This document shows, piece after piece, positions 19,626 to 29,580 of a stretch of 64,000 nucleotides of DNA. A program made the position numbers and the translations under genes. Every line of letters begins with the position of its first letter. The first letter of the stretch is position 1. The stretch spans positions 64,001 to 128,000 of the forward strand of contig CBDAQI010000012.1 in NCBI GenBank assembly GCA_965198945.1. The letters run 5' to 3'. The notes under the pieces were generated by a model. It searched no databases and was not told where the DNA came from. It was given only the letters and a program-made list of their open reading frames with translations. This DNA comes from Thermodesulfobacteriota bacterium (GTDB lineage: Bacteria; Desulfobacterota_D; UBA1144; Nemesobacterales; Mycalebacteriaceae).

Positions 19626-20596
19626 GAATTCCGGTTCAAATAAGGAAGGTTTTTGAAGAGGGAAGCAGTTTTCTTCTCACTTCCCATGAGTCTCCCGACT
19701 CAGATGCCCTGGGCTCAATGCTTGGGCTTGCAAACCTGCTTGAATCGCTTGGCAAATCCGTTTTTCTCTATAACCGGAGCGGTATTCCTTCTTTCCTGAA
19801 ATTTCTTCCCGGTTCGGAAAAAATAGAGAGAAGCCTCCCGAAAGCCGGGAAACCCGTTTTTGATGCGTTGGTTGTTCTTGATTGTCCGGCGGCCTCACGC
19901 GCCGGGAGTGACTTTGAAAATTATGTCTCATCATCCGGAACCCCGCTTGTCATTATTGACCATCACAAAGAGGCTCCCGGAGGGGAGATGTTGAAATGGG
20001 TTGAGACTGAGTCCCCGGCCACGGGTGTTCTGGTTTATGAGATTTTCAGAGAATTCGCATCGCCTTTTTCACGCGACAGCGCAACATGCATTTTCGCCGC
20101 GATTGCCGGTGACACGGGTTCTTTCAGATTTAATGCGACGGCACAGTCTTTTGCCATAGCGTCCGAAATGGTTTCATCCGGAGCCGACCCGCAGAAAATT
20201 TCAAGCGAGATTTATGAGAATAATTCCGTCCGCAAACTGAAGCTGCTGTCCCGGGTTCTTGAAACTCTGAAAACAGACAAGACCGGGAAAATAGCGTGGG
20301 TTCGCATTGACGCGGATATGTTTGAATCAACCGGAACATCAGCGGAAGACAGCGAGGGAATGGTTGACATTCCAATGAGTCTGGCAGGGGTGGAAGTGGC
20401 GATGCTTTTCAGGCGGCAGTCCACTGAAGCAAAATCTTTCTGGAAGGCGAGCATAAGGTCGCGCGGGGATATTGACGTATGCGCGGTGGCAAACACTTTT
20501 GGCGGGGGAGGCCATAAAAATGCTTCGGGTTTCACATTTGAGAGTGATTTTGACGGGACGATTGAGAAAATAGTGGACAGAATAAAGCGGGCATGA
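19622..20596 (+). CDS. nrnA: DHH/DHHA1 bifunctional oligoribonuclease / pAp phosphatase
   Basis: H.SPDSDALGS, IIDHH, DTGSFRF, GGGGHKNASG. Confidence 0.92.
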   Translation: MRIPVQIRKVFEEGSSFLLTSHESPDSDALGSMLGLANLLESLGKSVFLYNRSGIPSFLKFLPGSEKIERSLPKAGKPVFDALVVLDCPAASRAGSDFENYVSSSGTPLVIIDHHKEAPGGEMLKWVETESPATGVLVYEIFREFASPFSRDSATCIFAAIAGDTGSFRFNATAQSFAIASEMVSSGADPQKISSEIYENNSVRKLKLLSRVLETLKTDKTGKIAWVRIDADMFESTGTSAEDSEGMVDIPMSLAGVEVAMLFRRQSTEAKSFWKASIRSRGDIDVCAVANTFGGGGHKNASGFTFESDFDGTIEKIVDRIKRA

Positions 20597-21507
20597 ACGG
20601 AATAGTGGTAATTGACAAACCGGATGGCATAACCTCAAGCGGGGTTGTGAACAGAGTCAAAGGGATTCTCAAAATACGAAAAGCCGGACACACCGGAACC
20701 CTTGATAAGTTTGCCACCGGGGTTCTTCCCGTCTGCCTTGGAGAAGCCACCAAGGCTATTCCCTATCTTGACGAGTCTTTCAAAGAGTATGAGGCTACAA
20801 TGAAAATGGGCGAGGCCACAGACACTTTTGACCTTTCCGGCAAGATCACCCGCACTGGCGGCATTGGAAAAGTTTCCCGGAATGATATAATCTCGTGTTT
20901 CAGAGAAAACACCGGAACTTTTTTGCAGGTTCCGCCCATGTTTTCCGCCGTCAAGAAAAACGGGGTAAGGCTTTCAAAGATTGCCCGACTTGGCAGGGAG
21001 GTTGAAAGGAGCGCCAGAAGGATAACGGTTGAGAGGCTTGACTTGCTTGCATTTGCGCCGCCGCTGGCGGATTTTTTTGTTAAATGTTCGCGCGGCACAT
21101 ATGTCAGAGCTCTGGCGTCCGAAATGGGGGAAAGTCTCGGCTGTATGGCTCATCTGGTGCGGCTCCGGCGTGTCAGCAGCGGAGCGTTTTCCATGGAACA
21201 GTCATCCACTCTTGAAGATTTGGAGTCCGGGGATTACAAGTTGATAAGTGTTGAAGAAGCCCTTTCTCATATCAAATCGGTTTGTATCAGCCGGCGGGCC
21301 GCGCATGTTGCGTGTAACGGCGGGAAGTTATTGGGAAAGCATTTTAAGGGTTGCGGAGTTTCGGATTTGCAACAGGGTGAAACGGTCAGGCTGACATATT
21401 CGGGCAAGGCGGTTTCAATGGCAAAGTGTCTGGCTGACGGCGGCTCATTTGAAACTTTAAAAGAGGAACCGGTTTTCAAACAGACCAGGGTGTTCGGTTC
21501 TCACTAA
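20593..21507 (+). CDS. truB: tRNA pseudouridine(55) synthase
   Basis: IDKP.GITS, KAGHTGTLDKFATGVL, QVPPMFSAVK, CSRGTYVRAL. Confidence 0.96.
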   Translation: MNGIVVIDKPDGITSSGVVNRVKGILKIRKAGHTGTLDKFATGVLPVCLGEATKAIPYLDESFKEYEATMKMGEATDTFDLSGKITRTGGIGKVSRNDIISCFRENTGTFLQVPPMFSAVKKNGVRLSKIARLGREVERSARRITVERLDLLAFAPPLADFFVKCSRGTYVRALASEMGESLGCMAHLVRLRRVSSGAFSMEQSSTLEDLESGDYKLISVEEALSHIKSVCISRRAAHVACNGGKLLGKHFKGCGVSDLQQGETVRLTYSGKAVSMAKCLADGGSFETLKEEPVFKQTRVFGSH

Positions 21508-21527
21508 AAAAATCGGAGGATAATGAT

Positions 21528-21797
21528 TTGCCTTTAGACAAAGATGAAAAACGCAAAGTTATAGAGGAATTTGCGGAGAAGCCCGGAGATGTGGGCTCTT
21601 CAGCTGTGCAGGTTGGCATACTTTCCAGACGCATAGAGCAGATATCCGCTCACACGGCCGTTATGAAAAAGGATTTTCATTCGCGCAGAGGTCTTGTCAG
21701 GCTTGTGGCGAAAAGAAGAAAACTTTTGAATTACATGAAGGGGACGAACCCGCGCAAATACGCCGAACTGATTAAGAAGCTCGGCCTCAGACATTAA
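21528..21797 (+). CDS. rpsO: 30S ribosomal protein S15
   Basis: DVGSSAVQV..LS.RI, KKDFHSRRGL..LV.KRRKLLNY; GGAGG RBS with TTG start. Confidence 0.96.
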   Translation: MPLDKDEKRKVIEEFAEKPGDVGSSAVQVGILSRRIEQISAHTAVMKKDFHSRRGLVRLVAKRRKLLNYMKGTNPRKYAELIKKLGLRH

Positions 21798-21813
21798 AAT
21801 TTATCGGGGGATA

Positions 21814-23922
21814 TTGAATTTGTCACAAAAAACAGTTGAGAAGACCCTTTTCGGGTCAAAGTATAAAATAGAAACCGGAAAGGTTGCCAGACAGGCGGGC
21901 GGCGCTGTTCTTATGAGCTGCGCGGACACGGTTGTTCTTGCGACGGTCGTGGCGTCGGATGAAAAAATCAAGGAAGACTTTCTTCCGCTTACGGTTAACT
22001 ATCAGGAAAAAACATATGCCGCGGGGAAAATTCCGGGAGGTTTTTTCAGAAGGGAGGGAAGGCCCAGTGAACATGAGATTCTGACTTCAAGACTCATAGA
22101 CCGCACAATCAGGCCGCTCATAACAAAAAAGTTCACTTATTCCACTCAAGTAATGGTTACCGTTCTTTCGGCTGACATGAAATCAGACCCCGGTGTGCTT
22201 TCCATAACGGCGGCTTCGGCGGCCCTTGCTCTTTCCGATGTGCCGTTTGACGGCCCGGTTGCCGGAGTGAAAATCGGAAAAATAGGCGGACAGCTGGTCT
22301 GTAATCCCGGATATGAAGATCTTGAGTCAAGCGACATGGATATAGTGGTTGCGGGGACGAAAGACGCGGTTGTGATGGTGGAAGGCGGAGCGAAGCAGGT
22401 TTCCGAACCGGACATGATTGAAGCGCTTATGTTTGCCCATGATCGCATAAAAGAGCTTATTGAAATACAGGATGAACTCGCCTCCGGCATAGCTCCGGCA
22501 AAACGCATTCCTAAAGAATGGGATGTTTCTCAAAAACAGGAGATCTCCGCCGCGGTAAGAGCGTTTGCTTCCGCGCCGCTTGAGAATTCGATCGTCAAAC
22601 CCTCCAAGGAGATGCGTCGGGAAGAAATATCAAAACTGCGCGCTCAGACTTTTGAAGAAGTGGGTCGGAATTTTCCCGAAAGCGAGTCCGCCATATCGGA
22701 CGCTTTTGAAAGTTTGACCAAAGAAGTTGTGCGTTCTCTGATTGTGAACAAAGGCGTGCGTCCCGACTCGCGCGATTACAAAACAATCCGTGACATAGAT
22801 TCCGAGGTCGGCATTCTTCCCCGCTCCCATGGTTCAGCGCTTTTTACGCGCGGCGAAACACAGGCCCTTGTCGCCACCACTCTCGGAACTTCCTATTACG
22901 AGCAGAGAATAGACTCTCTTGAGGGCGATTTGAAAAAGAGTTTTATGCTTCACTATAACTTTCCCCCTTATTCCGTGGGTGAGACAAGCAACCGCCTCGC
23001 TCCGGGCAGGAGGGAGATAGGGCACGGCGCTCTTGCCGAAAGGGCGGTGAAGCCGCTCCTGCCGTCAAAAGAGGATTTTCCCTACACAATCAGGGTTGTT
23101 TCTGAAATTCTGGAGTCAAACGGTTCGTCCTCCATGGCTACGGTTTGCGGCGCTTCAATGTCTCTTATGGACGCCGGTGTCCCGCTTCGTGCCGCGGTGG
23201 GCGGAATTGCTATGGGTCTCATCAAGGAAGGGGACAAACTTGTGGTTCTGTCCGATATTCTCGGAGATGAAGACCACTTGGGCGATATGGATTTCAAGGT
23301 TGCCGGCACGGAAAACGGAATTACCGCACTGCAGATGGACATTAAAATAGACGGCGTTACAAAGGAAATTTTATCTGACGCCCTTAATCAGGCAAAAACC
23401 GCGCGTCTTCATGTTCTGGCTGAAATGGGCAAAACAATCGCCGCTCCGGAAAACGATATTTCCGCACATGCTCTGCGCATAATGTCAATGAAAATTCATC
23501 CCGACAAGATACGTGATGTGATCGGTTCGGGCGGCAAGGTTATAAACAAACTTATTGAGGAAACCGGCGCCCAGATAGACATTCAGGATGACGGCAAAGT
23601 GCTCATTTCCTCTCCGGATAAAGAGTCGTGTGAAAATGCGATGAAAAAGATAGGCAAAATTGTAGAGGAAATAGAACCGGGCAAGATATATTTCGGTAAG
23701 GTCAAAAGGCTTCTTGATTTCGGGGCAATTGTGGAAATGGATAACGGAAGGGACGGGCTTGTTCACATTTCAGAACTGGAAGAGGGCAGGGTTGAGAAGG
23801 TTGCCGATGTGGTGAATGAGGGTGATGAACTTCTGGTCAAATGTATTTCAAAGGAGAGAGACGGCAAGATAAGGCTCAGCCGCAGGGAAGCTCTCGGGGA
23901 AAACATAGAGGACTACAGATAA
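21814..23922 (+). CDS. pnp: Polyribonucleotide nucleotidyltransferase
   Basis: ETGKVARQAGG, RREIGHG, ESNGSSSMA, GDEDHLGDMDFKVAGT, KH and S1 domains. Confidence 0.98.
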   Translation: MNLSQKTVEKTLFGSKYKIETGKVARQAGGAVLMSCADTVVLATVVASDEKIKEDFLPLTVNYQEKTYAAGKIPGGFFRREGRPSEHEILTSRLIDRTIRPLITKKFTYSTQVMVTVLSADMKSDPGVLSITAASAALALSDVPFDGPVAGVKIGKIGGQLVCNPGYEDLESSDMDIVVAGTKDAVVMVEGGAKQVSEPDMIEALMFAHDRIKELIEIQDELASGIAPAKRIPKEWDVSQKQEISAAVRAFASAPLENSIVKPSKEMRREEISKLRAQTFEEVGRNFPESESAISDAFESLTKEVVRSLIVNKGVRPDSRDYKTIRDIDSEVGILPRSHGSALFTRGETQALVATTLGTSYYEQRIDSLEGDLKKSFMLHYNFPPYSVGETSNRLAPGRREIGHGALAERAVKPLLPSKEDFPYTIRVVSEILESNGSSSMATVCGASMSLMDAGVPLRAAVGGIAMGLIKEGDKLVVLSDILGDEDHLGDMDFKVAGTENGITALQMDIKIDGVTKEILSDALNQAKTARLHVLAEMGKTIAAPENDISAHALRIMSMKIHPDKIRDVIGSGGKVINKLIEETGAQIDIQDDGKVLISSPDKESCENAMKKIGKIVEEIEPGKIYFGKVKRLLDFGAIVEMDNGRDGLVHISELEEGRVEKVADVVNEGDELLVKCISKERDGKIRLSRREALGENIEDYR

Positions 23923-24848
23923 AAGCCGGGGTCGGGCAAAAACGTATTGTCGCAGTTGTCGGGCCCACAGCATCGGGGAAAACCGATTTCGGATTGCGTC
24001 TCGCCTCCGAAGTGTCCGGGGCCGTGGTGGGCGCGGACTCTCTTCAGGTTTATAAATATTTTGACATAGGAAGCGCCAAACCGCCCGCCGAACAGATGGG
24101 TGCGATCTCCCATTTTATGACTGACATAGTCGAGCCGGGTGAGGATTTTAACGCGGGCATATACAAGGCCCGTGCGGAACCCATAATTGAAAAACTGTTT
24201 TTGGAAAAAACACCTCCGATTGTAGTAGGCGGCACTTTTCTTTATGTTCGCGCTCTGCTTGAGGGGCTTATTGAAAGCCCGTCCGACCCTGAGGTCAGAA
24301 AAAGTATTGAAGGCGAGGAGAGAAAATACGGAACCCGCTGGCTTTACGAAAAATTGGAAGACATGGACGCGGCTTCGGCCTCAGAAATTCACCCCAATGA
24401 TTCCGTGCGCATAAGGCGGGCGCTTGAAATCTGCCATTTGTCTGGCTCGCCGGCTTCCGAGGTAAGGCGCGCTCACGGTTTTTCCGGCTGCGGATTTGAC
24501 TGCCTGAAAATCGGCATTGCCACGGAAAGGGACGCGCTTGTTGAGAGGATAAACGTCAGAACACGGGAGATGTTTGAGGAGGGTATTGTGGAGGAGACTG
24601 AAAAAATCCGTGATATGGGGTATTCAAGCGATATTAAGCCGATGAAGGCCATAGGTTATCGTCAGGCGAATCTTTTCATTGACGGAGAGATCACCGGGCC
24701 CGAAGCGGTTGAGACAGCCGCCAGAGACACAAGACGCCTTGCCAAAAGGCAGATGACATGGCTGAGAAAAGAAAAAGACATACAATGGTTTCCGGCTGAA
24801 GGTCTTAGCGAAGCGGTTGATCAGTGCCGAAGGTTTTTTGGACTATAG
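23919..24848 (+). CDS. miaA: tRNA dimethylallyltransferase
   Basis: GPTASGKT, ADSLQVYK..DIGSAKP, VGGTFLY, AKRQMTW. Start uncertain: ATA at 23919 overlapping the pnp stop, or ATG at 23841 inside pnp. Confidence 0.94.
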   Translation: MKAGVGQKRIVAVVGPTASGKTDFGLRLASEVSGAVVGADSLQVYKYFDIGSAKPPAEQMGAISHFMTDIVEPGEDFNAGIYKARAEPIIEKLFLEKTPPIVVGGTFLYVRALLEGLIESPSDPEVRKSIEGEERKYGTRWLYEKLEDMDAASASEIHPNDSVRIRRALEICHLSGSPASEVRRAHGFSGCGFDCLKIGIATERDALVERINVRTREMFEEGIVEETEKIRDMGYSSDIKPMKAIGYRQANLFIDGEITGPEAVETAARDTRRLAKRQMTWLRKEKDIQWFPAEGLSEAVDQCRRFFGL

Positions 24849-24906
24849 GCGTGTTTTATCCACAGATGTGCCGGATTGCCGTCGGTGTCGATTTTCCGGA
24901 TTACCG

Positions 24907-25269
24907 CTACTTTGTGTTTCTGCGAACAAATAGTGTTGCAAACACCACTCCGGTAATGACGGCCGCAAGCGGAAGCAGCCAGGCGACCAGGCTGAATCCC
25001 TTCATCGGCGGTTCTGCGAGTATTGTGTCTCCGTATTTGCTCTGAAACCATAGAATTATTTCCTCGTCCGACTCTCCGTTCCGAATTTTCTTTTTAATTA
25101 TTTTCCGCATATCCCGCGCGAGGTCGGAGTTTGATTCGGCGACGCTCTGCCCGGCGCAGACCGGACACATCAGCTGTCTTGCAATCGCGTCTGTGCGTTC
25201 CGTTACCGTTTCAGCAAACGCTGGAGTGGCAAGGAGTAGAAAGACTGAAAGAATTGTGAGAATTTTCAT
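24907..25269 (-). CDS. ccmH: Cytochrome c-type biogenesis protein CcmH (N-terminal/CcmL-type)
   Basis: Signal peptide, LMCPVCAGQSVAESNSDLARDMR, YGDTILAEPP, C-terminal TM. Confidence 0.93.
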   Translation of the reverse strand: MKILTILSVFLLLATPAFAETVTERTDAIARQLMCPVCAGQSVAESNSDLARDMRKIIKKKIRNGESDEEIILWFQSKYGDTILAEPPMKGFSLVAWLLPLAAVITGVVFATLFVRRNTK

Positions 25270-25332
25270 TTAGTTATTTATAAGTTCACAGTTTAACGGG
25301 GAGTCCTGATGTTTTCTCCGTTTTATCCGGGG

Positions 25333-27252
25333 TCAAAGCCATTTTTCTTTCCACATCTGAAACACGAGAAGGTTCCATATTCTTTTACCGTCAAACGAGT
25401 GCTTATAAAACTTATCCATCCACTCGGATACCGTTGCGGGGTTGAAAATGTTCTCCCGTTTCAGAGACTCTTCGCTCAGATAATCTTGAACAAGCGGAAG
25501 CAGTTTTCCTCTCATCCATGAGTCTATGGGTGAGCCGAAACCCATTTTTTTTCTGTCAAACAACTCTCTGGGCAGATGTTTTTCCAGAACCTTTTTCAGA
25601 ATGTATTTTGACTCCCCGTTTCTGTATTTATATTCGGAGGGAATTCTTGCGGTAAATTCCATAAGCCGGTGGTCAAGAAGCGGTTCCCTTGATTCAAGCC
25701 CCACGCTCATTGTTGCCCGGTCAACCTTTGTCAAAATGTCATCGGGAAGCCAAACTGCAAAGTCGGCGGCAAGCATCTGGCTCATCAGGTCTCTTTTTTC
25801 AACCTCTTCAAACTGTTCGGAAAAAGTATTGTCGTTAAATTTCCCCGTATGGTTCAATATTCCGTCAATTTCTTCATCCAGCCATGTTCCGATTGAATAT
25901 TTGAACATCCCCGCCATGTCGCCTTTGTTCATAAGGAGAAATGCTCCGCGCCTCTTGACATATCCGCGCCTGAGCCGCTTTATGCGGTCAACTCCCGTCA
26001 TGTTTACGGCTCTCTCAAACCGTTCAGCGTTGAGGGCGTTTAGTCCGGCACATATCAAATTGCGTAAGAGACCGGGGATTCTTAAAGATTTGTCCGCAAT
26101 CTTCAGATAGGAAGTGTAGTGGTTGTATCCGCAGAAAAGTTCATCTCCCCCGTCTGCGGAAAGCGCCACCTTCACATCACGGCGTGCTATCTGCGAAACA
26201 AGAAGAGTAGGTATTGTGGAATTGTCCGCGAAGGGTTCATCATAGATATCAGGAAGCTGCGGAACTATTTCCAGCGCTTCGTCTTCAGATATGTAATGCT
26301 CGGTATGGTCGGTTCCGAGGTGTTCGGCGATTTTTTTTGCATGATGGGCTTCATTGTGTTTTGTGCTGTCAAACCCGATTGTAAAGGTTTTAATCGGCTC
26401 CGAGACATTTCTCTGCAAAAGCGCGGCGACTATGCTTGAATCTATTCCGCCTGAGAGGAAAAGACCCACCGGCACATCGGAAACAAGCCGATATTTGAAA
26501 GAATCAACAAGTATTCTCTCAAGTTCTTCGGTTATTTCCTCTTCGGAACCGGAATGAGGAGTCATATTGTAATAGTCGGCTATATTCCAATATCTGTGTT
26601 TTTTAATCTCTCCGTTTTTGACGCTCATCCAGTGTCCGGGTTCAAGCTTGAATGTATCTTGAAGAATTGTGCCGGGGCTTTTTATGTAATCATATCTCAG
26701 GAAAAGGGCCAGTCCGTCGCTGTCTATCCGTTTGGGAAATGCCGGGTGTTTCATTATTGATTTCAACTCCGATGCGAACAGAAAAAGCCCGTTTTTGCGG
26801 TAGTAATAAAGAGGTTTTACTCCGGCTCTGTCCCGCGCGAGAAAGAGTGTTTTTTTCCGTGCATCCCAGATTGCAAGAGCAAACATTCCTATAAATTTGT
26901 GGAGGCACTGCATTCCCCACTGTTCGTAGGATTTGACGACAACCTCGGTGTCAGAATCGCTCATCAATGAGTGTCCTTTGCCTTCCAGTTCTTTTCTGAT
27001 TTCGCGGTAGTTATAGATTTCACCGTTATAGCTCACCGTTATGGTTCCGTCAGAGTTTGACATCGGTTGCTTTCCTCTCTCTGACAGGTCTATGATGGAG
27101 AGCCGTGTGTGTCCGAGACCCACATTGCTTTGCGCGTCCACGAAAAAGCCCGAATCGTCCGGCCCTCTGTGGATTAGAGCCTCCGTCATTTCTGAAAGGA
27201 CGGACTGCTCAATCCTTTTCCCGGTGCTGTAAATGCCTGCTATGCCGCACAT
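25333..27252 (-). CDS. asnB: Asparagine synthase (glutamine-hydrolysing) family amidotransferase, probably glycan-modifying
   Basis: N-terminal MCGIAG, HRGPD, RLSIID, LSGGIDSS, SADGGDELFCGY, KVDRATM; sits next to wzx/GT genes. Confidence 0.93.
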   Translation of the reverse strand: MCGIAGIYSTGKRIEQSVLSEMTEALIHRGPDDSGFFVDAQSNVGLGHTRLSIIDLSERGKQPMSNSDGTITVSYNGEIYNYREIRKELEGKGHSLMSDSDTEVVVKSYEQWGMQCLHKFIGMFALAIWDARKKTLFLARDRAGVKPLYYYRKNGLFLFASELKSIMKHPAFPKRIDSDGLALFLRYDYIKSPGTILQDTFKLEPGHWMSVKNGEIKKHRYWNIADYYNMTPHSGSEEEITEELERILVDSFKYRLVSDVPVGLFLSGGIDSSIVAALLQRNVSEPIKTFTIGFDSTKHNEAHHAKKIAEHLGTDHTEHYISEDEALEIVPQLPDIYDEPFADNSTIPTLLVSQIARRDVKVALSADGGDELFCGYNHYTSYLKIADKSLRIPGLLRNLICAGLNALNAERFERAVNMTGVDRIKRLRRGYVKRRGAFLLMNKGDMAGMFKYSIGTWLDEEIDGILNHTGKFNDNTFSEQFEEVEKRDLMSQMLAADFAVWLPDDILTKVDRATMSVGLESREPLLDHRLMEFTARIPSEYKYRNGESKYILKKVLEKHLPRELFDRKKMGFGSPIDSWMRGKLLPLVQDYLSEESLKRENIFNPATVSEWMDKFYKHSFDGKRIWNLLVFQMWKEKWL

Positions 27253-27352
27253 TGTTTATTTTGGAAAACAAAAATTGGAGTATTTAATATATAATACACA
27301 AAAGGGTTTCCGGTTTATATGCTCTTTTGTCTTTGTTCCGAATATTGACGTA

Positions 27353-28663
27353 ATGCGAGAACACCAGGACGAAACAAAAAGTCTGAAAAAAGACGCTCTG
27401 ACGCTTTTTGCCGGAGGCATGGGCGGGGCGGTTTTTACCGCCATAGAACTTGTTCTTATCGCACGTTTTCTCGGTCTGGAACAGTTTGGTGTGTTCACTC
27501 TTGTTTTGTCTTACGTGACCCTTGTTAATACCTTTATTGATTTCAGAATAAGGGAGGCCTCAGTCAAATATGTCTCGGAGTATTTTGAAAAGGGAGATAG
27601 AGAATCCGTGCTTTCATTTATCAAATTTTTCTATTTGATAGATTTTCTCGGTGGAATTCTGTCGTTTGCAGTCTGCATTGCTCTTGCGGGAATTGCAAAT
27701 GAATTTTTTATTAAATCTGAAAATAGTTTTCAGTATGTTTTCATACTGTCTTTAAGTCTTTTTGTTCTTACCGTCAACCAGAATTCCAACTCCATACTTC
27801 AGGCTTTGAAGAAATTCAGAGAATCCGCTTTTCTTAAAGTCATGGACTCTTTTGTCAGGCTTGTGCTGATTGTGTTTTGTTTCGTTCTGGGATTTGGCTT
27901 GAAGGGCTTTTTTGTCGCCTATGTTGTTGCGGCGGTTATAAATTTTGCCATCCTGCAATTTTATGTAAATAAAATTTTGAAACTTGAGAGGATGAATGGT
28001 TGGTTGTCATCCAGTATCATGAGAATCAGAGGGAAGATGCGCGAAGTGCTCTGGTTTGTTATGAACATCAATGCGACCGGTTTTGTTTCTTTTTCATTCT
28101 CCATACATGTTCCTATTCTTCTTCTTGGTTATTTTTGGGGCAGTGAGGCATCGGGACTTTACAAAGTTGCAAGAGGAGTGGTTTCCGCGGCAAACAAGAT
28201 AACGGGACCCGTTTATTCCGTGCTCTATCCCGCTCTTGTGCGTCTTGAGACAAGAAAATCCTACGAGGAATTTGGGCGTCTCATAATCTATTCAGTCAGG
28301 GAAATAATGAAGTTTTTATTGCCTGTTTGTATTTTTCTTTTTGTATTTGCATATGAATTTATAGAAATTGTTTTCGGTAGCGAGTTCACTCAAGCAGCTG
28401 GCGCGATGATGGTTTTTGCGGGTGCCGCGGCTTTCGGTAATGTCTGCAAATGGTCGGATTATGCACTGTTGGCCTTTGGAATGCCGGGAGTCAAAACTGT
28501 TCTTTCAATTTTATTTGCATGCATATCATTGTCATCCATGTTTATTCTTGTGCCTGATTATTCATATCTCGGAGCGGCATGGGCGGCTTTTATAACTGAG
28601 TTTTTGACTATTTTTGTGGGTGTTTTTGTGTTTGTGCATATTCGCGCAATGGAGAGAAGATAA
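27353..28663 (+). CDS. Wzx-type polysaccharide flippase
   Basis: Many TM segments; ARFLGLEQFG, G..ASGLY.VA, LYP, YLGAAWA motifs. Start at ATG 27353 preferred because the longer ORF overlaps asnB. Confidence 0.85.
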   Translation: MREHQDETKSLKKDALTLFAGGMGGAVFTAIELVLIARFLGLEQFGVFTLVLSYVTLVNTFIDFRIREASVKYVSEYFEKGDRESVLSFIKFFYLIDFLGGILSFAVCIALAGIANEFFIKSENSFQYVFILSLSLFVLTVNQNSNSILQALKKFRESAFLKVMDSFVRLVLIVFCFVLGFGLKGFFVAYVVAAVINFAILQFYVNKILKLERMNGWLSSSIMRIRGKMREVLWFVMNINATGFVSFSFSIHVPILLLGYFWGSEASGLYKVARGVVSAANKITGPVYSVLYPALVRLETRKSYEEFGRLIIYSVREIMKFLLPVCIFLFVFAYEFIEIVFGSEFTQAAGAMMVFAGAAAFGNVCKWSDYALLAFGMPGVKTVLSILFACISLSSMFILVPDYSYLGAAWAAFITEFLTIFVGVFVFVHIRAMERR

Positions 28664-29571
28664 TGACAAATAATAATTTGCCTTTGGTGAGTGTTATCAT
28701 TCTTTCGTACAACAGAAAGAATTGGTTGAGGCAGAGTTTGGATTCAATATTAGGTCAGGATTACCCAAATATTGAAATAATTGCTTGTGATGATGCTTCC
28801 ACAGACGGAAGCCAGGATGTTTTGCGTGAGTATAAAGAGAAAAATTCCCACAGAAGGTTTGTTCTGTCTCTTTCACCTCAAAACGATGGAATCACGGCAA
28901 ATCAAAACAAAGGACTTTCTCTTTATCAGGGCAAATATGTTGTTTTCTCTGCGGATGATGACATTATGCTTCCGAGTAAAATTTCCAAGCAAGTTCAATT
29001 TATGGAGAATGACCCCGACTGTTCAATTTGTTACCACAATATGGAAGTTTTTTATGATAACACAAATAAAATTTTGAAGTTTTTCAACAATAAAAAAAAC
29101 AGCCACGAAGGCGGCGTGGAACTTGCTATAAAATACGGGATGTTTTGCGGAGCTCCTTCATGCATGTTCAGGGCTGAAAAAATTCCCGACGATGGCTGCA
29201 ATCCCATAATTACCAATGCGTCTGATTGGCTTCTTGTGATAGAAGTTTTAATAGGGGGAGGCAGTATACGCTACATTGACGAAATTCTTGTGAGATACAG
29301 GAGACACATTAACGCCGATTCCATGAAAACCTATGACATGAATCCCGGCGATTTGGATACCCTGAATATATGTAACATTTTAATTACAAAATATCCTCAT
29401 CTTTTCAATGAGGCAATTTATGCATATTCAAGATCCCTTGAAAAACTCAGAAATAAAAAAGGAATTAATTATATGTCCGCTCTAATATCCAGCCTGCGAC
29501 TGAGATTCAGGCTGAGTGCATTTGTTAGATTGCTTGCCTGTCTTTTTTCATTTGGCAGATTTAAATCTTAA
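28663..29571 (+). CDS. Glycosyltransferase family 2
   Basis: PLVSVIILSYN, QDYPNIEIIACDDASTDGS, SADDD. Confidence 0.92.
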   Translation: MTNNNLPLVSVIILSYNRKNWLRQSLDSILGQDYPNIEIIACDDASTDGSQDVLREYKEKNSHRRFVLSLSPQNDGITANQNKGLSLYQGKYVVFSADDDIMLPSKISKQVQFMENDPDCSICYHNMEVFYDNTNKILKFFNNKKNSHEGGVELAIKYGMFCGAPSCMFRAEKIPDDGCNPIITNASDWLLVIEVLIGGGSIRYIDEILVRYRRHINADSMKTYDMNPGDLDTLNICNILITKYPHLFNEAIYAYSRSLEKLRNKKGINYMSALISSLRLRFRLSAFVRLLACLFSFGRFKS

Positions 29572-29580
29572 AAGACTTTT

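Noticed and set aside
20566..20579. GAAAATAGTGGACA, a 13/14 match to the reverse complement of spacer A at the end of nrnA
   Set aside because: Too short and the flanks do not match; compatible with chance, not a credible self-target.
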